A stretch of DNA of 64,000 bases from Gemmatimonadota bacterium (GCA_039589315.1 JBDHHQ010000027.1:43067-107066), one strand, 5' to 3'. Shown: positions 27,484-37,162, counted from the stretch's first letter. The notes: generated by a model from the letters alone, not told the origin. Program-made: numbers and translations.

Positions 27484-30153
27484 TCAGTCCTCCCGGAGCG
27501 CCTCGGTCGGGCTGACACGTGCCGCCCGCAACGCAGGTAGCGAGCACGCGGCGACCGCCACCGCAAGGAGCACGGCCGTGACGGCTCCGAACACGGTCAC
27601 ATCCCAGGGCGCGACCCCGTAGAGCACCGCGCCCAAGAGCCGGGCGGCCGCCAGGGCGCCGATGAGCCCGACCGCCGCCCCGGCGACGGACACGGTCAGC
27701 CCGTGGCGAATCACACTCCGCATCACCTCACCCACGCTCGCCCCGAGCGCCTTCTTGATTCCGATCTCCCGAGTCTGGCGCCGGACGGCGTGGGCGAGCA
27801 CGCCGTAGATACCCAGCGCCGAAAGAGCCAACGCCAGACCGGCGTACAGCGCCACGATCACGGCCGAGAGTCGACTGCGCGCTTCCTCATCCCGCATGCG
27901 CTGGTCCATGCTGGCGACATCGTAGACGGGTAGATCGGCGTCGGTGTTCCTCACGATCGCGCGCAGCTGCGCGGCGAGGCTCGACGCATCCACGTCCGCT
28001 CGCATGCGAAGGCCGATGGTGAGTGCGCGTTCCGCCAACTGACTGTAGGGCCGGTACACGTCGAGCTGAGGGCCGAACGGATCGAAGAGGCGAGTCCTGT
28101 GCCGTGCGTCGGACACCACCCCCACGACCTCGAACGGCTGCAGAATGCCGTCCTCGTACGCTTCGTACCGGCGCCCGATCGGATCCTCTCCCGGCCACAC
28201 CCATTCAGCGAGAGACTCGCTGACGATCGCCACCTGCCTGGAGCCCTCGTCGTCGGCTGAAGCGAAGTCACGCCCCCGTATCAGCTCCATGCCCAGGCGT
28301 TGGAAGGTGCCCGGATACACGTGATGCCGGGACGCCTCGACCCGCTCCTCCGGGAACGCTTCGTACCGGGCCTCGTCGGTGAGGAGCTCGACCCAGTTGC
28401 CATGCCCCAGTCGGTTGGGGCTCCATAGGAACGCCTCCTCCACGTCCGGCAGGCTCTCGGCCCCCGCCACCAGTGCCTCGGCCACCGCTCGCCGGGGTGA
28501 TTCCTCGTCGTACCGCTCGCCGCGGAGATTGAGGTGAACCGTAACGAGGTCCGCCGTGTCGAAGCCGTACCCGGTGTCCTGAAGGGTTCGAAAGCTCTGT
28601 ACCAGGAGTCCGGCGCCCACCAGCAGGACGAACGCCAGGGCCATCTCACTCATGATCAGGAGCGACCGCATTCGGATTCCCGATCGTCCCTCGGAGTGTC
28701 TTCCGCCGCCGCGCAGTCGATCGGATGGAGTGCCGCCCAGCACGCCCACCGCAGAGGCCAGCCCTAGCGCCGTACCCAACGCGACAGTGACCACGCCTGT
28801 CAGAAGGAGAGCAGGCCCGTCCAGGCGCAGCTGGGTGAAGCCGGGGAGCTCCAGCAGCTCGAGGTTGGTCAGCAGGCCCACCCCCCACCCTGCGATCACC
28901 GTGCCAACCACGCCCCCGATGGCGCCCAGTACGAGGCCCTCCGTAAGGAGTTGGCGGACGAGCCGACCCGGTCGGGCGCCCAGGGCGCGCCGCATTGCGA
29001 TCTCGCGCGTGCGGCCCGTGGCCCGGATCAACATGAGGTTCACGACGTTCACCGTGACCAGGAGAAGGACCAGCCCCGCTCCGACGAGAAGGACCGCCGT
29101 GGGCGCGCGGTGGTTCTGGAAGAACGCTTCGCCGAGCGGACGGAGATTGTAGGTGTAGCCCTGATTCGCCTCGGCGTATTCGGTTGCCAGTGACGTCGAG
29201 AGAGCCCGAAAGTCGGCTCGGGCCTCCGCGAGATCGACGCCGGGTCGGAGCTTCACGATGGCCGTGAACATACGGAACCCGCGGTCCTCTGCGGGCTCGT
29301 ATCCCAGCAGGTCTGGGACCGACCACAGCGGTAGGAAGATGTCGGTGTCGTCCAGTGCCCGGCTGCGAAGGTCGACCTTGCCCGGTCTCATGACGCCGAT
29401 GACCTCGAAGGGCTGTCCGTTCAGTTGGACAGCGTGGCCCACCACATCCGGATTCGATCCGAAGAGCCGCACCCAGGCGCCGTGGGACAGGATCGCCACG
29501 GGACGCGCCGCGCCGCGCCGGTTGTCGTCCCTCATGAACGTCCGCCCCCGGGCAACCTCCATGCCCAGCAGCCGGAAATAGCCATGATCCACGAAGTTGG
29601 CCGGAACCCGCTCCGGAGCCTCGCTCCCGGAGAGGTTCACATCCTGCCAATCCAGGAATAGCGCCATTTCGTCGAGGACCCGGTTCCGCGCCTCCACCTC
29701 CTGCATGTTCAGTAACGAGACGCCGAAGCCGTTCGTAGCGCTTCCCGAAAAGTCGTTGTCCACCAACACCAGACGCTCCGCCTCGGGGTAGGGGAGCGGA
29801 TCCAGGAAGATGGCCGCCGCCAGGGTCAGGATGAGCGCGTTCACCCCCACGCCCAGGGCCAGCGCGCCGGCGGCCACGACGGTGAAGGACGGGTCTCGCC
29901 GAAGCTGACGGAGGCTCACCCGTACATCACTGCCGAAGCCGTTCCAATCCGTAGCGCCCGTAACCGCGTACCGGCCGACGATGGCCATCGCTTGCACCCA
30001 GTACCATGCGGTCGATCGGAAGACACCGGTTCCCCGGGTCCGTCGCACGATGAGCTCCTCCCGGAGATCTCCGAGGATGGCTTCGCGCGATTCGGAGGGC
30101 AGGACGTGGGTCAGCAGGATTTCCGCCAGGCGTGGCGGACGCGGGGGCTTCAC
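27484..30153 (-). CDS. Duplicated orphan ABC permease (ADOP; MacB_PCD/FtsX x2)
   Basis: 889 aa; 'GDLREE', 'LALGVGVN', 'REIAMRRALGA', 'REIGIKKALGA', 'PALRAARVSP'. Confidence 0.9.
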   Translation of the reverse strand: MKPPRPPRLAEILLTHVLPSESREAILGDLREELIVRRTRGTGVFRSTAWYWVQAMAIVGRYAVTGATDWNGFGSDVRVSLRQLRRDPSFTVVAAGALALGVGVNALILTLAAAIFLDPLPYPEAERLVLVDNDFSGSATNGFGVSLLNMQEVEARNRVLDEMALFLDWQDVNLSGSEAPERVPANFVDHGYFRLLGMEVARGRTFMRDDNRRGAARPVAILSHGAWVRLFGSNPDVVGHAVQLNGQPFEVIGVMRPGKVDLRSRALDDTDIFLPLWSVPDLLGYEPAEDRGFRMFTAIVKLRPGVDLAEARADFRALSTSLATEYAEANQGYTYNLRPLGEAFFQNHRAPTAVLLVGAGLVLLLVTVNVVNLMLIRATGRTREIAMRRALGARPGRLVRQLLTEGLVLGAIGGVVGTVIAGWGVGLLTNLELLELPGFTQLRLDGPALLLTGVVTVALGTALGLASAVGVLGGTPSDRLRGGGRHSEGRSGIRMRSLLIMSEMALAFVLLVGAGLLVQSFRTLQDTGYGFDTADLVTVHLNLRGERYDEESPRRAVAEALVAGAESLPDVEEAFLWSPNRLGHGNWVELLTDEARYEAFPEERVEASRHHVYPGTFQRLGMELIRGRDFASADDEGSRQVAIVSESLAEWVWPGEDPIGRRYEAYEDGILQPFEVVGVVSDARHRTRLFDPFGPQLDVYRPYSQLAERALTIGLRMRADVDASSLAAQLRAIVRNTDADLPVYDVASMDQRMRDEEARSRLSAVIVALYAGLALALSALGIYGVLAHAVRRQTREIGIKKALGASVGEVMRSVIRHGLTVSVAGAAVGLIGALAAARLLGAVLYGVAPWDVTVFGAVTAVLLAVAVAACSLPALRAARVSPTEALRED

Positions 30154-30482
30154 GACTCCTCCAGGAGCGCTTCGATGCCGCGCTCCATCTGACGGAGCAT
30201 CGCGCGGGAGTGCCTGATGGCGTCGAGTCCGGCGGCTTCGACGCGGTAGAAGCGCTTGGCCTTTCCACCGCGCTCGGGCGTGGGCCCGGCCAGGTGAGAG
30301 GCGAGAAGTCCCTTGCGTACCAGGCGATCCAGTGTCACGTAGACTGCTCCTCGCGCCACGGACCGCCCGGTCTGCCTCTCGATCTCCTCACGGATGCGTA
30401 CGCCGTAGGCGTCCTTCCCGATGCGCACTACGGCCAGCATCACCAGTAGCTCGAATTCTCCCAGGAACCCCTTTCGTCCCAT
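30150..30482 (-). CDS. PadR family regulator
   Basis: 'LGEFELLVMLAV..YGV.I..GAVYVTLDRL..KRFY'; 4-nt overlap with the permease start. Confidence 0.92.
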   Translation of the reverse strand: MGRKGFLGEFELLVMLAVVRIGKDAYGVRIREEIERQTGRSVARGAVYVTLDRLVRKGLLASHLAGPTPERGGKAKRFYRVEAAGLDAIRHSRAMLRQMERGIEALLEES

Positions 30483-30572
30483 CGTCCCGACCTTTGCTTT
30501 TCGGCGGTCCGATCGCCGTCACGCATCGCCGATCTCAGCGCCCATTCCACCGACGAGGGCTGCTTTCACACA

Positions 30573-30595
30573 TAATGCCTATAATGTTGGCATTA
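30573..30595. promoter_or_regulatory. Inverted repeat enclosing a TATAAT between divergent padR genes
   Basis: TAATGCC-TATAATGTT-GGCATTA. Confidence 0.5.
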
Positions 30596-30679
30596 GGGCC
30601 TGCGCTGTCAACTGACCGCCGGCCGTTGGAGTCGGCGGATCTCCGCGCGCAGGGGGGAACCAGCCAGAGGAGAGACGTC

Positions 30680-30870
30680 GCGGGATCCGTCTCCAGGGGA
30701 GCGCTCTATACCCCGTTGGAGCGTCTGGAGGAGAAGGTGGGCTGGAATCCGAGCTCGGCGAGCCCACCGCGGTGCGGGGTGGAAGACCCAAGCGGTTCTG
30801 GAAGGTGACTCCTAAGGGCCTCGCTCAGCTTCGGCACGGCCTGGAAGCGATGGAGAGCATGTCACACCGT
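30680..30870 (+). pseudogene. Frameshifted, 5'-truncated PadR
   Basis: 'VSRGALYTPLERLEEK' then, in another frame, 'RGGRPKRFWKVTPKGL'. Confidence 0.7.
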
Positions 30871-30965
30871 TTCCGGTCGGTGGCCCGTCAGGGCGTCGCC
30901 GAGAGAGTGAAGACCGCCAACGCGTGGTCCACTCATCTGCCGATGCTCTTCGCGCTACCGCAGTA

Positions 30966-31619
30966 TCAGTCTCCGTCCGAGCACGCGCGGCGGAGCCGGG
31001 CGCGAAGCCGCTGGAACCGTTTCCGGAGGGTAGCCGGAGCTAGTCCGAGCGATTCGGCGAGCTCGTTGGTGGAGTAGCCCACACCATACCGCAGTGTGAG
31101 CAGCTCGGCATCGGCTTCGCTGACTGCGTCGAGGGCCTGTGCCAAGAACAGGCGATCCATCAGCTGCGCCTCGACGTCCTCGCCGCTCTCCTCCGTCTCG
31201 GGCGCGTGGGGCGGGGGTAGGGCGGGCCACTTGTTCCTGTCCCGGGTGACACGTTTGCCGAGACGCCACCGCAGCCGCTGGCTCACGTACCCCAGGAAGT
31301 CGACACCGTAGGACGGATCGTACTCCTCCAACGCCTTCCTGAAGACGATGTAGCTCTCGGCCAGGAGATCCTCGGGTAGGCACCCCCCGGGTTCGCACCG
31401 CGAGTCTCGGCAGAACGCCCTGAGCACCTTACTCACCAACGGCAAGTGGCGGAGATAGATCGCAGACGCACAGGCCGCGCGATCGCCCTGACCCCGACAA
31501 GCCTGGAACTGCTCGACCGCTTCGTTGCCCAGCCCGACCGACGCGAAGGGACCCTCGAGCGAGGCCAGCCGCCCGGCGGAGAGCGGACAGGGGAACGCCC
31601 GGGGACCGTTCATCGACAT
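30966..31619 (-). CDS. Sigma-70 family factor (regions 2 and 4 only), Cys-rich
   Basis: 'EDLLAESYIVFRKALEEYDPSYGVDF..YV' region 2; 'LLTLRYGVGYSTNELAESLG..TLRKRFQR' region 4. Confidence 0.75.
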   Translation of the reverse strand: MSMNGPRAFPCPLSAGRLASLEGPFASVGLGNEAVEQFQACRGQGDRAACASAIYLRHLPLVSKVLRAFCRDSRCEPGGCLPEDLLAESYIVFRKALEEYDPSYGVDFLGYVSQRLRWRLGKRVTRDRNKWPALPPPHAPETEESGEDVEAQLMDRLFLAQALDAVSEADAELLTLRYGVGYSTNELAESLGLAPATLRKRFQRLRARLRRACSDGD

Positions 31620-31798
31620 GTCGTTCCAACCGGCGGCGCGGCTGCCGCTACGGGTGCGACCCGCGTCAATCGACGTGGGCTGCCGGGAGCGTTTGTGGCG
31701 AAGGTCACATTCTAGGACGGTGCCGGGGATATTGCCAATAGAGGCTATAGTGGGCCCGACCCTGGCCGGGACCCGTGCTAACCGAACAAAGGCTGGCG

Positions 31799-32620
31799 AT
31801 GAGCTCACGACGACGGACCTTCGAAGCGGCGGCCCTCGCGCTCTTCTTCCTCGGCGTGGCGATCCTGACAGTCTTCGGCTTCGCGATGCGCGACTGGATG
31901 CCACCCGCGGCGTCGCGGCACGCGGCGGGCATGGACGGGATGATCGAGTACCTGCTCTACACCACCGGAGCCATCTTCGTGATCGGGCATCTGGTCCTCA
32001 TAGCCTTCATCTGGCGGTTCGGACGAGGACGGCGTGCGGACAACCCCGAAACGAAGCCCAGGACCGAGCGGCTCTGGTCGATCGCACCAGTCGTCATCAT
32101 GGCCCTCGTCTCCGAGGTCGGCGTGTTGGTCATCGGGCTCCCCGTCTGGGACGAGATCTACGGTGACTTTCCTGAGGACGCGCTCGTCGTGGACGTGGCG
32201 GCACGACAGTTCGAATGGATCATCCGCTACGCGGGAAGTGACGGTGAGTTCGGCCGCACGGATCCCGAGCAGATCGACGGTGCGTCGAACCCGACGGGCC
32301 TCGACGCCGGCGACCCGCGGGCTGCGGACGACGTGGTCGTCCGGAACGTGCTGCGGCTCCCCGTGAACCGACCGATCTACCTGCGCCTGAGGTCGCACGA
32401 CGTCCTGCACAGCTTCTCGGTGGCCGCCTTCCGCGTGAAGCAGGACATCGTGCCCGGCATCGTGGGCAGCACCCAGTTCGTGCCGACCCGAGTGGGCACC
32501 TTCGAGATCGGCTGCGCCGAGCTGTGTGGCCTGGCGCACTATCGCATGCGGGGCCGCGTGATCGTCATGTCCGAGGATGAATACGACCAGTGGCAGCTCG
32601 ACCAGGGAGGAGCCGAATGA
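31799..32620 (+). CDS. coxB: Cytochrome c oxidase subunit II (CuA)
   Basis: TM helices; 'QFEW', 'DVLHSF', 'CAELCGLAHYRM'. Confidence 0.95.
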   Translation: MSSRRRTFEAAALALFFLGVAILTVFGFAMRDWMPPAASRHAAGMDGMIEYLLYTTGAIFVIGHLVLIAFIWRFGRGRRADNPETKPRTERLWSIAPVVIMALVSEVGVLVIGLPVWDEIYGDFPEDALVVDVAARQFEWIIRYAGSDGEFGRTDPEQIDGASNPTGLDAGDPRAADDVVVRNVLRLPVNRPIYLRLRSHDVLHSFSVAAFRVKQDIVPGIVGSTQFVPTRVGTFEIGCAELCGLAHYRMRGRVIVMSEDEYDQWQLDQGGAE

Positions 32621-34416
32621 CCGGTCACGCACCCCTCCCGTTCTGGCGGCGCTACATCTTCTCCACGGACCACAAGATCATCGGGTTGCAGTACATCCTG
32701 ACCGCGGCCTTCATGGCCATCGTGGCCGTGGGGCTGTCGGTTCTGATCCGCCTGCAGATGGCCTGGCCACAGACGCTCTGGCCGGCCCTGGAGCGCATTC
32801 TGCCGCGGGCGTACGAAGGCGGGGTGCTCCTGCCCGAGTTCTACATCAGCATGGTCACGATGCACGGGACCATCATGGTGTTCTTCGTGATCTCCCTCGC
32901 TCTCGTGAGCGGCATCGGCAACTTCATCATCCCCCTGCACGTCGGGGCGCGGGACATGGCGTACCCGTTCCTCAACATGCTGTCGTACTGGACCATCGTA
33001 CCGGCCTGTCTGATCATGCTCGCCTCCTTCTTCGTAGAGGGGGGCGCCGCCGCCGGGGGTTGGACCTCGTATCCGCCACTGTCCGCGCTGCCAGGGGCTT
33101 TACCGGGATCGGGCCTGGGGCAGACGCTCTGGCTCCTGGGGATGGCCCTCTTCATCGCCTCCTTCACGATGGGAAGCCTCAACTTCCTCACGACCATCCT
33201 GAACCTGAGAACCCGGGGCATGTCGCTCATGCGGATGCCGCTCACCACCTGGACGATGTTCGTCTCGTCGGTGCTCGGTATTCTGGCCTTCCCGCCGCTC
33301 ACCGCGGCCGCGATCATGCTGCTCTTCGACCGACACGGAGGCACGAGCTTCTTCCTCCCAGGCGGTCTGGTCGTGGGAGGTCAGGTGCTCCCGTTCGACG
33401 GTGGAACTCCACTCCTGTTCCAGCATCTGTTCTGGTTCCTGGGCCACCCCGAGGTCTACGTGCTGGTCCTCCCGGCCCTCGGCATCGCCTTCGATGTGGT
33501 GGCCACCTTTGGACGCCGGCCGGTGTTCGGTTACCGGACCACGGTGTGGTCGCTACTCGTCGTCGCGGTCCTGAGCATGATCGTGTGGGGGCACCACATG
33601 TTCACGAGCGGTATGAACCCGTACGTCGGCGAGTATTTCTCGATAGTGACCGTGGCGATCACCCTGCCTTTCGCGGTTATCGGTCTGAACCTGATCGCCA
33701 GCCTGTGGCGTGCCGAGCTGCGCCTGACCACGGCCATGCTCTTCGCGATCGGCATCATCTCGGCCGTGGGCACCGGTGGCCTGGGAGGGCTGTACCTCGG
33801 AACGGCAGCCTCGGACATCTACTTCCACGACTCGGTGTTCGTCGTTGGGCACTTCCACTTCATGATCGGCGTGGTGACGTCGTTCGGGATCTTCGCCGCG
33901 CTCTATTTCTGGTTCCCCAAGATGTTCGGGCGGCACATGAGTGAGACCCTGGGCAAGGTGCACTTCTGGCTCACCATCGGGCCCGTCTTCGCCGCCTTCA
34001 TAGCAATGCACTACCTCGGCTTGGGGGGTGCGTTGCGCCGGGTGTACGATCCCACCGTGTACGAGTACATCCGGCCCCTGCAGCAGATGAACGTCTGGAT
34101 CACCTACGCCCTGATCGTCGCCGTCGTGGCGCAGCTCGTCTTCTTCGTGAATCTCGTCTACGGGATGCTGTGGGGCCGACGTGCCGAAGAGAATCCGTGG
34201 CAGGGTGCCACGCTGGAGTGGACCACGCCCTCACCGGCCCCACACCTGAACTGGGCCGAGCCCCCGACCGTGTTCCGGGGCCCGTACCAGTATCGCGTGA
34301 ATGGCACGGCCGAAGGGTATACGCCGCAGCACGTTCCCGACCGAATGGACCAATCGGCCGCTGAGGCGCTCCGGGGCCCGCCGGCGGAACCGACGCTCGC
34401 AGGAGGTCCGGAATGA
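32617..34416 (+). CDS. coxA: Heme-copper oxidase subunit I, A1-type, K-channel residues substituted
   Basis: 'MHGT', 'GARDMAYP', 'GHPEVY', 'WGHHM', 'HFH', 'RR'; PFAVI in place of PT/SxxK. Confidence 0.95.
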   Translation: MTGHAPLPFWRRYIFSTDHKIIGLQYILTAAFMAIVAVGLSVLIRLQMAWPQTLWPALERILPRAYEGGVLLPEFYISMVTMHGTIMVFFVISLALVSGIGNFIIPLHVGARDMAYPFLNMLSYWTIVPACLIMLASFFVEGGAAAGGWTSYPPLSALPGALPGSGLGQTLWLLGMALFIASFTMGSLNFLTTILNLRTRGMSLMRMPLTTWTMFVSSVLGILAFPPLTAAAIMLLFDRHGGTSFFLPGGLVVGGQVLPFDGGTPLLFQHLFWFLGHPEVYVLVLPALGIAFDVVATFGRRPVFGYRTTVWSLLVVAVLSMIVWGHHMFTSGMNPYVGEYFSIVTVAITLPFAVIGLNLIASLWRAELRLTTAMLFAIGIISAVGTGGLGGLYLGTAASDIYFHDSVFVVGHFHFMIGVVTSFGIFAALYFWFPKMFGRHMSETLGKVHFWLTIGPVFAAFIAMHYLGLGGALRRVYDPTVYEYIRPLQQMNVWITYALIVAVVAQLVFFVNLVYGMLWGRRAEENPWQGATLEWTTPSPAPHLNWAEPPTVFRGPYQYRVNGTAEGYTPQHVPDRMDQSAAEALRGPPAEPTLAGGPE

Positions 34417-35027
34417 GCCGCCTGACGTTGGCGGGGACGATCCCCCTCGACGTCCCGCAGGGCGCAGGACGCGGCGCCCCACCCCCGCCGTCTGGCCGCG
34501 GCCTCTATCCCATGTTCCTCATGGCCGTGCTGGCCACGGTCACCATGCTCTTCGCGGCGTTCACCGCGGCCCTCCTGATCCGGCGCTCCGGATCGGACTG
34601 GATCGCCATCGAGCTGCCGGCCATCGCATGGGTGAACGGCGGTGTGATCGTCGTCTCCTCGGCCCTTCTGGAGCTGGCCAGGAGGGCGCTCCGCTCAGGT
34701 GCTGCATCCGTCGCCCCGCTATGGCTGGGGCTCGCGGCCGCCCTCGGACTGCTGTTCCTCGCCGGACAGATAGTGGCCTGGCGCGCGTTGATGGCCGAGG
34801 GCGTCTTTCTCCCTTCCAGTCCTCACGCTGCCTTCTTCTACATGCTGTCGGCGGTCCACGGCGCCCACGTCCTCGGGGGCCTCGGTGCGCTGGGGTGGAC
34901 ACTCCGGAGCGCGCTGAGAGGAGCATACACCGCAACCATGCACCGGGGGTTGAGCCATGCGGCGGTCTACTGGCACTTCGTGGGAGCGCTCTGGATCTAC
35001 CTTCTCATCCTCATGCGGATCGCCTAG
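34413..35027 (+). CDS. Cytochrome c oxidase subunit III (first paralog)
   Basis: 'MLFAAF', 'FFYMLSAVHGAHV', 'YWHFV'. Confidence 0.9.
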   Translation: MSRLTLAGTIPLDVPQGAGRGAPPPPSGRGLYPMFLMAVLATVTMLFAAFTAALLIRRSGSDWIAIELPAIAWVNGGVIVVSSALLELARRALRSGAASVAPLWLGLAAALGLLFLAGQIVAWRALMAEGVFLPSSPHAAFFYMLSAVHGAHVLGGLGALGWTLRSALRGAYTATMHRGLSHAAVYWHFVGALWIYLLILMRIA

Positions 35028-35030
35028 GAG

Positions 35031-35648
35031 ATGCCAATGAGCGAGACAGGCACGATGCCGGCGCCTGTATACTGGGCGGGAGGCGACAGTCCGTTCGCGA
35101 TGTCGTGGCAGAAGCTGATGATGTGGGTCTTTCTCGTGACGGACGCATTGCTGTTCGCGGGCTTCCTCGCGGCCTACGCCTTCATCCGGCTCGCCAGTGG
35201 GTCGTGGCCCGAGCAGGGCGAGGTCTTCAACATGACGCTGATCGGCGTCATGACGTTCACGCTCATCACGTCCAGCGCGACCATGGCCTCCGCCGTCGGC
35301 GCGGCGCACCGAAAAGACCTGAAGACGGCTACGCGGTTCGTTCTACTCACGGCTCTGGGCGGCGCGATCTTCCTGGGGATGCAGGCCACGGAGTGGACGC
35401 AGCTGATCCACGAAGGAGCGCGCCTGTCCGGGAATCCGTGGGGGGCGACGGCCTTCTCGTCGTTCTTCTTCATGATCACGGGCTTCCACGGAACGCACGT
35501 GCTCATCGGCGTGATCATCCTCCTCATCACGGCGGCGCGATCGCGATCCGGCACGGCGACGGCCGACGGCGTCGAGTTGGCAGGCCTGTACTGGCACTTC
35601 GTGGACCTCGTCTGGGTGTTCATCTTCACGACCTTCTACCTGATCTGA
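35031..35648 (+). CDS. Cytochrome c oxidase subunit III (second paralog)
   Basis: 'KLMMWVFL.TD', 'FFMITGFHGTHV', 'GLYWHFVDLVW'. Confidence 0.92.
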   Translation: MPMSETGTMPAPVYWAGGDSPFAMSWQKLMMWVFLVTDALLFAGFLAAYAFIRLASGSWPEQGEVFNMTLIGVMTFTLITSSATMASAVGAAHRKDLKTATRFVLLTALGGAIFLGMQATEWTQLIHEGARLSGNPWGATAFSSFFFMITGFHGTHVLIGVIILLITAARSRSGTATADGVELAGLYWHFVDLVWVFIFTTFYLI

Positions 35649-35658
35649 CGGAGCCAAC

Positions 35659-35961
35659 ATGGAAGGCACCATTTCGTACAGGACCTACTGGCTGATCTGG
35701 GTCGTGCTGCTCGTGCTTACGCTCGTCATGATCGGGATCGAGGCCATGGCCCTGCCCACGGGAATCGCCATCCTCCTGCTATCTGGGGCCATGATGACGA
35801 AGGCTGCCCTGATCGGCGGGTGGTTCATGCACCTCAAGTACGAGACCCGCTTCATCGTAGCCTGTCTCGTGCTGGGGACGTTCCTCACGGCGGCCTTCCT
35901 CGTCTTCCTGCTCGTGCCGGACGGGATCGCCGCCAATCGCATGGCGGAGTATCCACAGTGA
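35659..35961 (+). CDS. Cytochrome c oxidase subunit IV family
   Basis: 3 TM helices; 'KA.LI..WFMHLKYE'. Confidence 0.88.
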   Translation: MEGTISYRTYWLIWVVLLVLTLVMIGIEAMALPTGIAILLLSGAMMTKAALIGGWFMHLKYETRFIVACLVLGTFLTAAFLVFLLVPDGIAANRMAEYPQ

Positions 35962-35984
35962 CCGGAGCAGAAGGCACGCCGGAC

Positions 35985-36110
35985 ATGTTCGTGAACATGC
36001 TCCTGGCCACGGGAGTGCTCATCGGGGCCGTGGCGGCGCTCGTCATAGCCGGATTGGTCGTCTATCACAAGACCGCCCAGGACAGATGGGAGTCGCGCGA
36101 CGCACCTTGA
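35985..36110 (+). CDS. Small single-TM protein in the oxidase operon
   Basis: MFVNMLLATGVLIGAVAALVIAGLVVYHK..; alternative GTG at 35958 overlaps the subunit IV stop. Confidence 0.45.
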   Translation: MFVNMLLATGVLIGAVAALVIAGLVVYHKTAQDRWESRDAP

Positions 36111-36171
36111 CCGCAAATCGGTCTCAGGAAGCGATCGCCGCGATTGAGGTCCCCGGCGGCAGGGGGAACCC

Positions 36172-37137
36172 ATGAAGCACGCAGCATCCGATCGGGTTCT
36201 ACACGGAGCCGCGGGTGGGGCTCTGGCCGGGATCGTCGTGATCGTCTGGTTCTTCGCCATGGACGTCGTGGCCGGCACACCGTTCGATACGCCTGCCCGC
36301 CTCTCCAGTGCGGTGCTGCGAGAAGGGTTCAGTAGGCCCTGGCCCCGGCTGATCGCGCTTTTCACCGTGCTGCACTTCGGGGTCTTCGTATCGCTCGGCG
36401 TGGCCACCACGTGGTCTCTCGACGCCGTGCAGTTGAAGCCCAACGTCATCGTGGGTGCCGTGTTCGGCGTCTTCGTGCTCAACGCGGTGCACTACGTGGG
36501 GCTTCTGGTGACGGGCACGAACCTGCTCACGGTGGTGCCTGTGCTGCAGGTCACAGTGGCGAACCTCCTCGGTGGCGTCCTGATGATGTTCTACCTGCAG
36601 AGGACCCTCGGGGACTCCCCGGAACCGGACCGGAGCGCCGTCGAGCGCCACCCCTTGCTCGTGCACGGGCTGGTGACCGGCGCCATAGGTGCGGTCGCCG
36701 TCGCCATGTGGTTTCTCGCCGTGGACCTCTTCGCGGGCTCACCGCTGCGGACGCCTGCAGTGCTCGGGTCGGCGCTACTCCTCGGCTCCGAAAGCGCCGC
36801 CGATGTCCAGCTCAATCCAAGCGTCATCGCGGCGTACTCGGTGCTTCACCTCGGCGTCTTTGCAGCCGTCGGCATCGCATTCAGCTGGCTAGGGGGCAGG
36901 GTCGAAAGCACGCCCGCGTTTGGGGCTCGCGCCGCAGGGGTACTCGTGCTCCTGGAGGTACTCTTTCTCGGGACTGCGGGCATGGCCAGTGACTGGGTCC
37001 TGCAGGAGCTCGGCTGGCTGACCGTTCTCGTGGCCAACGTCCTGGCGGTCGGGGCGATGGGGGCATGGATCTGGCGGACTCGACCTGGTGGCTGGGGCTC
37101 GGCTCGGTTTGACGGGCCTCCCGGATCTGGACGATGA
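36172..37137 (+). CDS. Membrane protein with two homologous 4-TM repeats, each with a conserved His
   Basis: 'WFFAMDVVAGTPFDTPA..TVLHFGVF' and 'WFLAVDLFAGSPLRTPA..SVLHLGVF'. Confidence 0.8.
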   Translation: MKHAASDRVLHGAAGGALAGIVVIVWFFAMDVVAGTPFDTPARLSSAVLREGFSRPWPRLIALFTVLHFGVFVSLGVATTWSLDAVQLKPNVIVGAVFGVFVLNAVHYVGLLVTGTNLLTVVPVLQVTVANLLGGVLMMFYLQRTLGDSPEPDRSAVERHPLLVHGLVTGAIGAVAVAMWFLAVDLFAGSPLRTPAVLGSALLLGSESAADVQLNPSVIAAYSVLHLGVFAAVGIAFSWLGGRVESTPAFGARAAGVLVLLEVLFLGTAGMASDWVLQELGWLTVLVANVLAVGAMGAWIWRTRPGGWGSARFDGPPGSGR

Positions 37138-37162
37138 GCGAGGGAGACCGTCCGGCGTCTGA

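Noticed and set aside
31762..31779. Sigma-54 promoter upstream of coxB
   Set aside because: GG-to-GC spacing is 11 nt rather than the required 10.
32617..34416. Nitric oxide reductase (cNOR/qNOR) or B/C-family oxidase
   Set aside because: It keeps HPEVY, D-channel residues, a CuA subunit II and subunits III and IV; no NOR-type Glu set was seen.
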